Position numbers and translations under genes: made by a program
Notes under the pieces: generated by a model
The model's database searches: none
The model's input: only the letters and a program-made list of their open reading frames with translations
What the model was told of the DNA's origin: nothing
Shown: positions 43,418-52,700 of the stretch, piece after piece
Layout of the letters: each line of letters starts with the position of its first letter
Numbering within the stretch: the stretch's first letter is position 1
Source of the DNA: Planctomycetota bacterium
GTDB lineage: Bacteria > Planctomycetota > UBA1135 > GCA-002686595
Assembly (NCBI GenBank): GCA_026692705.1
Contig: JAPLOE010000073.1
Coordinates: 4,015-68,014, forward strand
Direction of reading: 5' to 3'
Length of the DNA stretch: 64,000 nt

Positions 43418-44905
43418 ATGCGTGGACGATCCTCTCCGCCCATGCCGCGCCCCGCCCACGAACTCGTCGTCGCCGCAGTTCTCGCGGCGCTCGCGGGCTG
43501 CGCCTCGACTTCCGACGACGTGCACCTCGCACCGCTCGTGTCGCACCTGTCGACGGCCGGTGGCGAGGAGCAGTGGGAAGCGCTCGGCGGCGTGTGGCGC
43601 ACGCGCCGGACCTCGCCGGGTTCCGAGGTCGTCGAGTGGGAGCTGCACCCCATCGTCTGCCACGACGAGCTCGGCGAAGGCCGCGCGCTGACGCGGTTCC
43701 TCGTGCCGCTGGGCGCGCACCGGAGCTTCCCCGACCGAACGCAGACCGAGCTCGTGCCGATCTTCCGCCTCGATCGCGAGCCCGACGAGCACGGCCAGCC
43801 CAGCTGGCACTTCTACGGCTTCCCCGCGACGCTGTTCGGCGACGACTCCACCGACCGCAAGCTCGCCGGCGTCTTCCCGATCTACGGCGACTGGGAACGC
43901 GTCGCGACCTACGACCGCATCAAGTTCGTGCTCTTCCCGCTCTACATGCGCACCGAGCGCGAGGGCGGCACCTACCACCACATCCTCTGGCCGTTCTTCA
44001 GTTTCGGCCGCAACGGCAAGGGCGAGTTCGACGGCCACGTGTGGCCGCTCGTCGGCGTCACCAAGCCGGGTTTCTCCGAGCGCGGCTTCATGGCGTGGCC
44101 GATCGTCACGTGGAGCAAGGAACGGCTCGCGTTGCCCGAGGAGCAACAGGTCAAGACCTGGATGTTCTGGCCGTTCTACGGCGAGCAGGACGCGGGCACG
44201 TTCCACGCCTGGACCTCGTTCTGGCCGTTCTTTGGCTATTCGAGCGATTCGCGCTCGGGGTACTGGGCCTGGGACGGTCCGTGGCCGTTCGTGAAGCTCC
44301 AGCGCCCGGGCACGAGCGGCCAGCCCAAGCGCACGCGCTTCCTGCCGTTCTACTCGCACTTCGAAGGCGACGGGCTCGACAGCACGTGGCTCCTGTGGCC
44401 GATCTACAACCAGCGCCACGAGACCTACCGCAACGGCGAGCGCCGCGGCGAGATGGTGTTCCCGTTCTGGCAGAGCTACGTCGAGACCGACAACGAGCGG
44501 CGCGAGGTCGGCAGCTGGATGAAGCTCTGGCCGCTGTTCCAGCGCCACGAGGCCGAAGGGCGCTCGCACCTCGGCGTGCCGACGCTGCTGCCGCTGTGGC
44601 GCCTCAACGACATCGAGGAGCACTACGCGTGGCTGTGGGAGCTCTACTCGCGCGACACCGCGCCCGGCCGCGTGTCCGAGCGTTCGTGGCTCGGCGTCTG
44701 GCGCCGCGAGAGCGACGCGCTGGAGACCCGCACCTACGTCAGTGGATTGTGGTCGCGCCGCAAGTATCGTGACGGCGACGCCATGATCCGCGAGACGTCG
44801 CTCCTGTTCGGACTCGTGCGCTGGCGCTCCTCGGAGGCCGGCGTCGAGTTCCTCCGTCCGGCCTTCCCCGGCCCGGGCTGGCCCGCGCGTGGCGCGAAGG
44901 ACTGA
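43418..44905 (+). CDS. Lipoprotein with about 16 [W/F/L]-P-[F/L/I]-[F/Y/V/W] repeats of roughly 20-aa period; function unknown
   Basis: 495 aa with the lipobox AAVLAALAGC. The motif prolines fall at residues 97, 113, 136, 153, 173, 192, 210, 228, 252, 270, 290, 310, 328, 349, 372 and 392 (for example ILWPFFSF, HVWPLVGV, MAWPIVTW, MFWPFYGE, SFWPFFGY). The gap to mlaE is 5 nt. Confidence 0.7.
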   Translation: MRGRSSPPMPRPAHELVVAAVLAALAGCASTSDDVHLAPLVSHLSTAGGEEQWEALGGVWRTRRTSPGSEVVEWELHPIVCHDELGEGRALTRFLVPLGAHRSFPDRTQTELVPIFRLDREPDEHGQPSWHFYGFPATLFGDDSTDRKLAGVFPIYGDWERVATYDRIKFVLFPLYMRTEREGGTYHHILWPFFSFGRNGKGEFDGHVWPLVGVTKPGFSERGFMAWPIVTWSKERLALPEEQQVKTWMFWPFYGEQDAGTFHAWTSFWPFFGYSSDSRSGYWAWDGPWPFVKLQRPGTSGQPKRTRFLPFYSHFEGDGLDSTWLLWPIYNQRHETYRNGERRGEMVFPFWQSYVETDNERREVGSWMKLWPLFQRHEAEGRSHLGVPTLLPLWRLNDIEEHYAWLWELYSRDTAPGRVSERSWLGVWRRESDALETRTYVSGLWSRRKYRDGDAMIRETSLLFGLVRWRSSEAGVEFLRPAFPGPGWPARGAKD

Positions 44906-44910
44906 CGGCG

Positions 44911-45690
44911 ATGCTCTCGATGGTGGCGAGTTTCCTGCGCGACGTCGGCTACCAGCTCGAGCTGGCGGCGCAGGTCGCGGCGCGGCTGGGCGGCGTGCTG
45001 CGGCGCCGCACGCTGATCGCCGACCAGCTGTACCAGTCGGGCCTCAAGGTCGTGCACGTCGTGCTGCTCGTCGGCGTCTTCATCGGCATGATCGTCGCGC
45101 TGCAGACCGGCCTCGAGCTCGCGAACTTCGGCCAGCAGGACCAGATCGGCACGATCGTGGCGCTCTCGATGTGCCGCGAGATGGGCCCGTTCATCACCGC
45201 GACGATCCTCGCCGCGACGGTCGGCAGCGCGCTCGCCGCCGAGATCGGCACGATGGCCGTCAGCGAGGAGCTCGCGGCGCTGGAGGTGATGTCGATCGAC
45301 CGCATCAGCTACCTCGTGATGCCGCGCGTGATCGGCGTCGCGGTGATGTGCCCGCTCCTGACCGTGCTGTGCGACGCGATCGGCATCTTCGGCGGCGGCC
45401 TGATCGCGGGCTCGCAGCTCAACGTCGGCGCCGCGCTCTACTACGACAGCGTGCTCGACGCGCTCAACGACCGCGGCCTGCCGTTCGAGCTGCCCAAGGA
45501 GGTCTACACGGGCCTCTTCAAGGCCTTCGTGTTCGGCGTGATCCTGTCGGTGATCTCGTGCTCGGCCGGCATCAAGGCCACCGCGGGCGCGATGGGCGTC
45601 GGCAACGCGACGCGCAAGGCCGTGCGCGACTCGATCATCGCGATCATCATCTGCAACTATTTCCTGTCGTGGCTCTTCTTCAACGCCTGA
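44911..45690 (+). CDS. mlaE: MlaE-family ABC transporter permease
   Basis: 259 aa with ...GTIVALSMCREMGPFITATILAATVGSALAAEIGTMAVSEELAALEVMSIDRISYLVMPRV... Confidence 0.88.
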   Translation: MLSMVASFLRDVGYQLELAAQVAARLGGVLRRRTLIADQLYQSGLKVVHVVLLVGVFIGMIVALQTGLELANFGQQDQIGTIVALSMCREMGPFITATILAATVGSALAAEIGTMAVSEELAALEVMSIDRISYLVMPRVIGVAVMCPLLTVLCDAIGIFGGGLIAGSQLNVGAALYYDSVLDALNDRGLPFELPKEVYTGLFKAFVFGVILSVISCSAGIKATAGAMGVGNATRKAVRDSIIAIIICNYFLSWLFFNA

Positions 45691-45706
45691 GAGCGCTGGA
45701 CCTCGC

Positions 45707-46450
45707 ATGAGCCGCGACACGATCGTCCGTTTCGAGAACCTGAAGAAGGCCTTCGGGCCCAAGCAGGTGCTCAAGGGCGTCAACTTCGAGGTCTACCGCG
45801 GCGAGGCCTTCTGCATCATGGGCCCGTCGGGCTGCGGCAAGTCGGTGACGATCCGCCACGTGATCGGGCTGATGAAGGCCGACTCCGGGCACGTCGAGGT
45901 CGACGGCCACGACATGAACACGATCTCGCGCGACGAGCTGCGGGCGCTGCGCGCGCGCATGGGCTACGTGTTCCAGGAGGCGGCGCTCCTCAACTCGCTC
46001 TCGGCGGGCGAGAACGTCGCGCTGCCGCTGCGCGAGACGACCGACCTGTCCGACCGCGAGATCCGCGAGAAGGTCAACGCGAAGCTCGCGCTGGTCAAGG
46101 TGCCCGACGTCTACGACAAGATGCCGAGCGAGCTTTCCGGCGGCATGAAGAAGCGCGTCGGCCTCGCGCGCGCGCTGATCACCGACCCCGAGATCGTGCT
46201 CTACGACGAGCCGACCGCCGGCCTCGACCCCGAGATTTCGGCCTCGATCAACACCTTGATGCGCGAGCTCGCGCAAGAGCTGCGCGTCACTTCGCTCATC
46301 GTCACCCACCACGTCGGCACCGTCCGCACCGTGGCCGACCGCGTCGGGCTGCTCGACGACGGCGAGCTGCGCTACATCGGGACTGCCGACGAATTCCTGA
46401 ACTCGACCGAGCCGCGCCTCGTGCGCTTCCTCGGGCCCAAGCTCGACTGA
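45707..46450 (+). CDS. mlaF: MlaF-family ABC transporter ATP-binding protein
   Basis: 247 aa with Walker A GPSGCGKS, signature LSGGMKKRVGLARAL and Walker B IVLYDEPTAGLD. Confidence 0.9.
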   Translation: MSRDTIVRFENLKKAFGPKQVLKGVNFEVYRGEAFCIMGPSGCGKSVTIRHVIGLMKADSGHVEVDGHDMNTISRDELRALRARMGYVFQEAALLNSLSAGENVALPLRETTDLSDREIREKVNAKLALVKVPDVYDKMPSELSGGMKKRVGLARALITDPEIVLYDEPTAGLDPEISASINTLMRELAQELRVTSLIVTHHVGTVRTVADRVGLLDDGELRYIGTADEFLNSTEPRLVRFLGPKLD

Positions 46451-46459
46451 GGCTCCACC

Positions 46460-47635
46460 ATGGTCAACCAACGTCAACTGCTGCTCGGCGCGTTCTTCGT
46501 GATCGTGCTCTCGCTGCTCGGCGTCTACACGCTGTTCCTGACGGACTTCTCGCTCTTCAAGGAACGCCACACGCTCGTGGTGCACTTCCCGCAGGCCAGT
46601 GGCTTGCGCAAGGGCGACTCGGTGCTCGTCGCGGGCATTCGCGAGGGCCGTGTGAGCACGCTGACCTACGACCCGAAGGCGCCGCTCGACCGGCGCGTCA
46701 CGGTCACGCTCTCGATGGACCAGAAGATCGCGCTGCGCGAGGGCTTCGAGATCGCGATCTCGGACGCGACCGTGCTCGGCGGCAAGCACCTGCTGATCGA
46801 TCCGGGCCCGCCGGAAGGTGGCCCGGTCTCGACCGACGGCCCGCTGCCCGGCAGCGTGCGGGGCAGCGCGCTCGATGGGCTGGGCAAGCTCGTCGACGAG
46901 AACGGGGCGAAACTCGCGTCGATCGTCGACGACCTGCAGGTGCTCGTCGCCGACGCGAAGGCTGGCAAGGGCACGGTCGGACGGCTGATGCGCGATGACC
47001 AACTCGCCGACGAGCTCTCCTCCGGCGTCGCGAGCGCGCGCAAGTCCTTCGACAACATCCAGGCTTTCACCGACGACGTGCGCGCGGGCAAGGGCATCCT
47101 CGGGCGCCTCGCGACCGACGAGGACCTCGCGAGCCGCTTCAGCGATGTCATCACGAACCTCGAGCAGATCTCGAAGGACTTCGAGGTCGTCAGCGCCGAC
47201 GTCGCGGCCGGCAAGGGCGTGATCGGGCGGCTCGTGAAGGACGAGCAGCTCGGTGCGGACGTGGCCGAGGCCGTCGCGACGCTCAAGGACATCACGAGCC
47301 GCGTGAACAACTCCGAAGGCTCGCTGTGGAAGCTGATCGAGGACGACGAGATCGCCGAGCGCCTCAAGGACTTCGCCGGCAAGCTCGACGAGGGCACGCT
47401 CGGCAAGCTCTTCACCAACGACGAGCTCTACGCGAAGATCTCGAAGGTCGCCGACGACATCTCGGCCACCTCGGGCGCGCTGCGCAACGCCGAGGGCACG
47501 CTCGGCAAGCTCGTGATGGACCGCGAGCTGTACGCCGAGATCCAGCGCGCGCTCTCGATCCTCACGCGCACGCTGCAGGAATACCGCGAGGCCGCGCCGC
47601 TGACGGCCTTCTCGTCGGTGTTCTTCGCGTTCTAG
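46460..47635 (+). CDS. mlaD: MCE/MlaD-family protein with an extended C-terminal repeat region
   Basis: 391 aa with an N-terminal TM segment and an MCE core (...VHFPQASGLRKGDSVLVAGIREGRV...). This is followed by six G-x-[LVI]-[GW]-[RK]-L...D[DE][EQ]L repeats. Confidence 0.85.
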   Translation: MVNQRQLLLGAFFVIVLSLLGVYTLFLTDFSLFKERHTLVVHFPQASGLRKGDSVLVAGIREGRVSTLTYDPKAPLDRRVTVTLSMDQKIALREGFEIAISDATVLGGKHLLIDPGPPEGGPVSTDGPLPGSVRGSALDGLGKLVDENGAKLASIVDDLQVLVADAKAGKGTVGRLMRDDQLADELSSGVASARKSFDNIQAFTDDVRAGKGILGRLATDEDLASRFSDVITNLEQISKDFEVVSADVAAGKGVIGRLVKDEQLGADVAEAVATLKDITSRVNNSEGSLWKLIEDDEIAERLKDFAGKLDEGTLGKLFTNDELYAKISKVADDISATSGALRNAEGTLGKLVMDRELYAEIQRALSILTRTLQEYREAAPLTAFSSVFFAF

Positions 47636-47643
47636 CTAGCTAG
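47632..47643. repeat. CTAGCTAGCTAG, a palindromic triple CTAG providing both convergent stop codons
   Basis: The mlaD TAG (47633-47635) and the ribE TAG (minus strand, 47640-47642) both lie inside it. The element places a stop in all three frames on both strands. Confidence 0.9.
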
Positions 47644-48254
47644 CGCCGCGCCTCGAGCAGGCGCTCGATCCACTTGCCGATCTGGTCGGCCTCGAGGTGC
47701 ACGCGCGTTCCGGCGCGCGCCTGCCCGAGCGTCGTGCGCCGCAAGGTCTCGGGGATCAGCGCGACGTGGAACTCGCGGCCGCGCGGCGCGACCACGGTCA
47801 GGCTGACGCCGTCGACGGTGATCGAGCCCTTCTCGATCAGGTAGCGCTCGAAGCCTTCGGGCACCGCGAAGTGCATCTCCCAGCCGCCGTCGCCGCGCTC
47901 CTCGACCCGCCGGACCGTGCCGACGCCGTCGACGTGGCCGCTGACCAGATGCCCGCCGAGGCGAGTGTCGAGCCGGGCCGCGCGCTCGAGGTTGACCTTG
48001 CTCCCCGGACGCAGGTCCGAGAGCCAGGTGCGGTCGAGCGTCTCCGCCGACAGGTCGAAAGCCATGCCCGGGGCGCCGCCGGAGGGGTCGGGGACGAGCT
48101 CGACCACCGTCAGGCAGCAGCCCGAGGTCGAGATCGAGTCCCCCGGGCGGGCGCCCCAGTCCGCGCTGGGCTCCGGGACCACCACGCGGGCGCCCGTGCC
48201 GACCTTCTGGACCGTCCGGACGGGAACGCAGGCTTCGACGATGCCGGTGAACAT
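47640..48254 (-). CDS. ribE: Riboflavin synthase alpha chain
   Basis: ATG at 48254 gives MFTGIVEACVPV...GDSISTSGCCLTV...RLGGHLVSGHVDG...KGSITVDGVSLTV...; 204 aa. Confidence 0.9.
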   Translation of the reverse strand: MFTGIVEACVPVRTVQKVGTGARVVVPEPSADWGARPGDSISTSGCCLTVVELVPDPSGGAPGMAFDLSAETLDRTWLSDLRPGSKVNLERAARLDTRLGGHLVSGHVDGVGTVRRVEERGDGGWEMHFAVPEGFERYLIEKGSITVDGVSLTVVAPRGREFHVALIPETLRRTTLGQARAGTRVHLEADQIGKWIERLLEARR

Positions 48255-48342
48255 GGGCGCCGAGGCTAGCCGCGCCTTCCACGCTCGGCGAGTCCGGGCT
48301 AGAGCCACCCCCGCCCCCGTTTTGGCCGGACCTTGACGGTCC

Positions 48343-48371
48343 GGGGGGGCGTGACTACCCTGTTCTGCCCT
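48343..48371 (+). promoter_or_regulatory. Candidate sigma70-type promoter of trmD-rplS
   Basis: TTGACG (48343-48348), a 17-nt spacer, then TACCCT (48366-48371). It ends 20 nt before the trmD GTG and is embedded in a long GC hairpin (CGCCCCC...CCGGACC-ttgac-GGTCCGG-GGGGGCG). Confidence 0.4.
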
Positions 48372-48390
48372 TCGAACGAGGCGGGTCCTC

Positions 48391-49113
48391 GTGCCGCTCT
48401 TTGCCATCCTTACCCTCTTTCCCGAGGCGATCGAGCCCTATCTGGGCGCGAGCATCCTCGGTTCGGCCCGCGAGCGTGGTCTCGTCGAGGTCGTGACGAT
48501 CGATTTCCGCGACTTCACGCGGGATCGTCACCGCACCGTCGACGATCGCCCGTTTGGCGGCGGACCGGGCATGGTGCTGCGTCCCGAACCGATCGCCGAG
48601 GCCGTCGAGTGGCTCGAACGTCGGCACGGCAGCTTCCGCAAGCTCGCCCTGTGCCCTTCGGGTCGCCCCTTCCGACAGGCCGTCGCCGAGGACCTCTCGC
48701 GCTCCGAGCGCGTGCTGCTCCTCGCCGGTCGCTACGAAGGCTTCGACGAGCGCGTGCGTGAGGAGCTCGGTTTCGAGCTGCTCTCGCTGGGCGACTTCGT
48801 GCTGTCGGGCGGCGAACTGCCGGCCCTGTGCGTGCTCGAAGCCGCCGCGCGCCTGCTGCCGGGTGTCCTCGGTCACGAGGAATCCGCCGTGCAGGACTCG
48901 TTTTCCGGCGCCGAGCGCCGGCTCGACCACCCTCACTACACCCGTCCGCGGGTGTGGCGCGGGAGAGAGGTTCCCGAGGTCCTCCTGTCCGGAGACCACG
49001 CGCTGATCGACCGCTGGAGGCGGGCGGCGGCGCTGCACCGGATGCGCGAGACCCGCTTGGACCTGCTCGCGGGCACGCCCCCGCCCGCCGATCCGCTCCC
49101 CCCGAACACCTAG
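48391..49113 (+). CDS. trmD: tRNA (guanine37-N1)-methyltransferase
   Basis: 240 aa with a GTG start. It contains ...RTVDDRPFGGGPGMVLRPEP...LLAGRYEGFDERV...LSLGDFVLSGGELPA... Confidence 0.95.
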   Translation: MPLFAILTLFPEAIEPYLGASILGSARERGLVEVVTIDFRDFTRDRHRTVDDRPFGGGPGMVLRPEPIAEAVEWLERRHGSFRKLALCPSGRPFRQAVAEDLSRSERVLLLAGRYEGFDERVREELGFELLSLGDFVLSGGELPALCVLEAAARLLPGVLGHEESAVQDSFSGAERRLDHPHYTRPRVWRGREVPEVLLSGDHALIDRWRRAAALHRMRETRLDLLAGTPPPADPLPPNT

Positions 49114-49197
49114 ACCACACTTTCCAACCACGAACACGCGCCGCGGCCATCACCGCCGCGCGCGAACCTTTCCCCGCGCGCCAAATTTGGAGCCAAC

Positions 49198-49596
49198 ATG
49201 CACCGGATGCAGAAGATCGAACAGGAACTGGGCAAGAAGACGCTGCCCAACATCAAGGTCGGCGACACCGTCGAGGTGCACTACCTGATCAAGGAAGGCG
49301 ACAAGGAGCGCGTGCAGCTGTTCATCGGCACGATCATCGCGCTCAAGGGCCGCGGCATTCGTCGCTCGGTGACGGTGCGCCGCATCGTGCAGAACGAGGG
49401 CGTCGAGCGCGTCTTCCCGCTGCACAACCCGCGCGTCAAGGACATCGTCCCGACCCGCCAGGGCGAGACCCGCCGCTCGAAGCTCTACTACCTGCGCGAC
49501 CGCGTCGGCAAGAAGACGCGCCTGCGCGAGATCTTCGGCGAGCGCGAGGACGGCCAGGGCGCCGAGGCGCCGGCCGAGCCCACGGCCACCAAGTAA
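49198..49596 (+). CDS. rplS: 50S ribosomal protein L19
   Basis: 132 aa with ...NIKVGDTVEVHYLIKEGDKERVQLFIGTIIALKGRGIRRSVTVRRI... Confidence 0.95.
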   Translation: MHRMQKIEQELGKKTLPNIKVGDTVEVHYLIKEGDKERVQLFIGTIIALKGRGIRRSVTVRRIVQNEGVERVFPLHNPRVKDIVPTRQGETRRSKLYYLRDRVGKKTRLREIFGEREDGQGAEAPAEPTATK

Positions 49597-49639
49597 GCGG
49601 GCTCTGGCCTGTGGCCGGAAACCCGAACCCGACTCCTAC

Positions 49640-49668
49640 GGATCGCCGTGCCGCGCGCCCGGCGATCC
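49640..49668 (+). terminator. Hairpin after rplS (terminator or attenuator candidate)
   Basis: GGATCGCCG-11 nt-CGGCGATCC is a 9-bp stem followed by GCTGCCTTTCC. Confidence 0.35.
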
Positions 49669-49752
49669 GCTGCCTTTCCAAGCTGACCTGAGCAAACTGC
49701 GCGAGTTTGGCCCGCCCCGGGGCGGCTCGCGCCCGAAAAGAGCCCGCCTGAC

Positions 49753-52700
49753 ATGGTCGAGAACGCTGGACGCAAGGTTGTTCTGATCGTCGCGCTGATC
49801 ATCGCGTCGATCGCCCTGCTCGCCTACAAGCCCCTGACGACGGGTCGGGCGCCCTTCCCGCTCGGCCTCGACATCGCCGGCGGCGAGCGCCTCCTGTACC
49901 GCATCGACCTCGATCAGGCCACCAAGGAGGGCCTGATCACGGGCACCGGCGACGCCGCCGACCTGATGCAGCAGACGATCGCGGTCATCCGCCAGCGCTG
50001 CGACAACTCGGGCAACACCGAGGCCGTCATCCGCCGCCTCGGCACCGACCGCATCGAGGTCAACCTCCCGCGCGTGTCGTCGACCCGCACCGGCCTCGTG
50101 ACCGCCAAGCTCGCCGCCGCGATCAGCGCCGACGGCCTGCCGATCGTGCGGATCGACGGCTCGCAGAAGCTGCTCGACTCGTTCCCCGGCAGCGGTGGCA
50201 CGCTCAAGATCGACAGCGAGCGCCTCGAGTACTCCCTGCGCGTGGGCAACGAGCTGACGCTCAAGGAACGCGGAGTGGACAGCTCGGTCGCCGATCACGC
50301 TGCCGGTTCGACGGTCACGCTGATCGACGGCGACAGCATCAGGACCGCGCTCGAGAATCTCGGTGACATGCGCTTCCTCGCGGCGGCGCAGGACGAGGAC
50401 ATCCGCCGCACGGGCACGGACCTGCTGTCGGCCGAACAGAAGCTGCGCGACTGGCTGCGCAAGCCGGAGAACACCAAGGCCTCGATCGACGGCTACAACC
50501 AGCTCGCCCAGGAAGCCGGCGGCCCGCCGCGTGGCATGGAGTGGTACCCGTACAAGATCCAGCAGGGTGAGGCGGCCCCGGCGATGGCCGACCGACGCTT
50601 CCTGCTGGTCAAGAAGGCCGCCAGCACGGAGGAGACCTTCACCGGCGCCAACCTGCTGCGCGTCGGACCGGGCCAGGACAAGGCCGGGTACCCCGCGATC
50701 GAGTTCACGATGAACGACTCGGACGGCACCGCCTTCCGCTTCGGCCGTTTCACCGAGAAGCTCGTCGACAAGCAGCTCGCGATCGTGATGAACGACGAGA
50801 TCATCACCGCGCCGACGATCAACTCGCCGCTGTTCGGCAACGCGATCATCGAAGGCCGCTTCGGCCTCGCCGAGCGCGACGCGATGGTGACGGTGTTGCG
50901 CTCGGGCTCGCTCAAGATCAAGCCCGAGCTGGAATCCTCGGAGACGGTCGGCGCCTCGATCGGTGACGACTACGTCCGCAAGAACCTGTGGGCCGGCGTC
51001 ACGACGCTCGCGATCATCATCGGCTTCCTGCTCGTGTACTACCGGCGCCTGGGCATGTGGGCCTCGGCGGTGCTGCTGCTCAACCTGCTGCTCCTGATGG
51101 GCGGCATGGTGCTGCTCAACGGCACGCTGACGCTCGCCGGCATCGGCGGCATCGTGCTCACGGTCGGCATGGCCGTCGACGCGAGCATCCTGATCTTCGA
51201 GCGCATCCGCGAGGAGCAGGCCAAGGGCCGCAAGCCCATGCAGGCCGCCAAGGACGGCTTCGATCACGCCATGAGCGCGATCGTCGACGGCAACCTGACG
51301 ACCCTGATCACGGCCTTCATCCTGATGTACGTCGGCACCGGCACGATCCGCGGCTTCGCGGTCACGCTGACGATCGGCATCATCACGACCATGTTCTGCG
51401 CGCTCGTGGCGCTGCGCGTGTGCGTGCACTTCGAGCTCAAGCGCGGGGTGCAGGCCTTCGAGATGCGGGAGTTCTTCCGCAACGCGAACTTCAAGTTCAT
51501 GAGCTACCGCAAGCCGGCGCTCTTGGGCACGGCCGCGCTGCTCGTCGCGGGCGTCGCGCTGTTCGCCTGGCTCCCCAACCAGCGCAAGTACGGCATCGAC
51601 TTCCTCGGCGGCGCGACGGTCAAGGTCCGCACCGAGCAGCCGATCTCGGCCGATGCCCTGCGCGCGCGCGTCGAGGCGCTCGGCGGCGCGATGGCCACGG
51701 CCGAAGTCGTCGACATGCCCGGCTCGCGCGACGGCCAGGGCAACGCGCGCGAGTTCCGCATCACGTTCAAGTCGAATCCCGACACGGCCAAGGCCAAGGG
51801 CAGCGAGCTCGAGAACCAGTTCAAGCAGGAGATCGCCGACGGGCTCGACGACCTGCTCCAGAAGGGGCCGATCGAGATCAAGGTCAGCGGCGACACCGCC
51901 AGCGGCACGCTCTACTTCGAGGGCTCGCACTCGAACGCTGACGTGCAGGCGCAGCTCGCCAATGCGGGCTTCACCAACGGCACCGCGACCAGCCGCGAAG
52001 GCCAATCCAACGTGTTCGCCGTGCAAGGCAACGTTGCGGGCGGTACCGAACCGGAGACGCTGCTCAGCGCGCTCGCCACGGCCTTCGAGGGCCAGAGCGA
52101 CACCGCCGGCCGCGAGTACAAGCTCGCGCTGCCGATCCCCGAGTCGAGCGTCGTCGGCGCGCAGGTCGTCGGCGAGCTGCGCGACTCGGCCATCAAGGCG
52201 CTCGCGATCTCGTCGCTGCTGATCCTGCTGTACATCCGCGTGCGTTTCGCGGAGTACAGCTACGGCTGGGCGGCGCTGCTCGCCGACCTCCACGACGTCG
52301 TCGCGACGCTCGCGGCGATCGCGTTCCTCGTCTGGATCCCGTGGATCAAGGTCGAGATGAACCTGACCATGATCGCGGCCTTCCTGACGATCCTCGGCTA
52401 CTCGCTGAACGACACGATCGTCGTGTTCGACCGCATCCGCGAGAACCGGCCGCGCGTGAAGGGCTCGCTGCTCGAGGTGTGCGACCTCTCGATCAATCAG
52501 ACGCTCTCGCGCACGGTGATCACCTCGGGCACGACGATCCTGTCGTCGCTCGTGATCCTGATCTTCAACTTCGGCACGGGCAACGCGCTCGAAGGCTTCG
52601 CCTTCGCGCTGACGTTCGGCGTCGTGGCCGGTACGTTCTCGAGCATCTACATCGCGTCGCCGCTGCTCGTCTACCTCGAAGCGCGCGCCGAGAAGAAGGC

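Noticed and set aside
48255-48390. An FMN riboswitch upstream of ribE
   Set aside because: The 136-nt leader lacks the conserved RFN-element sequence blocks I know. The long GC hairpin there overlaps the candidate trmD promoter instead. A covariance-model scan would be the decisive test.
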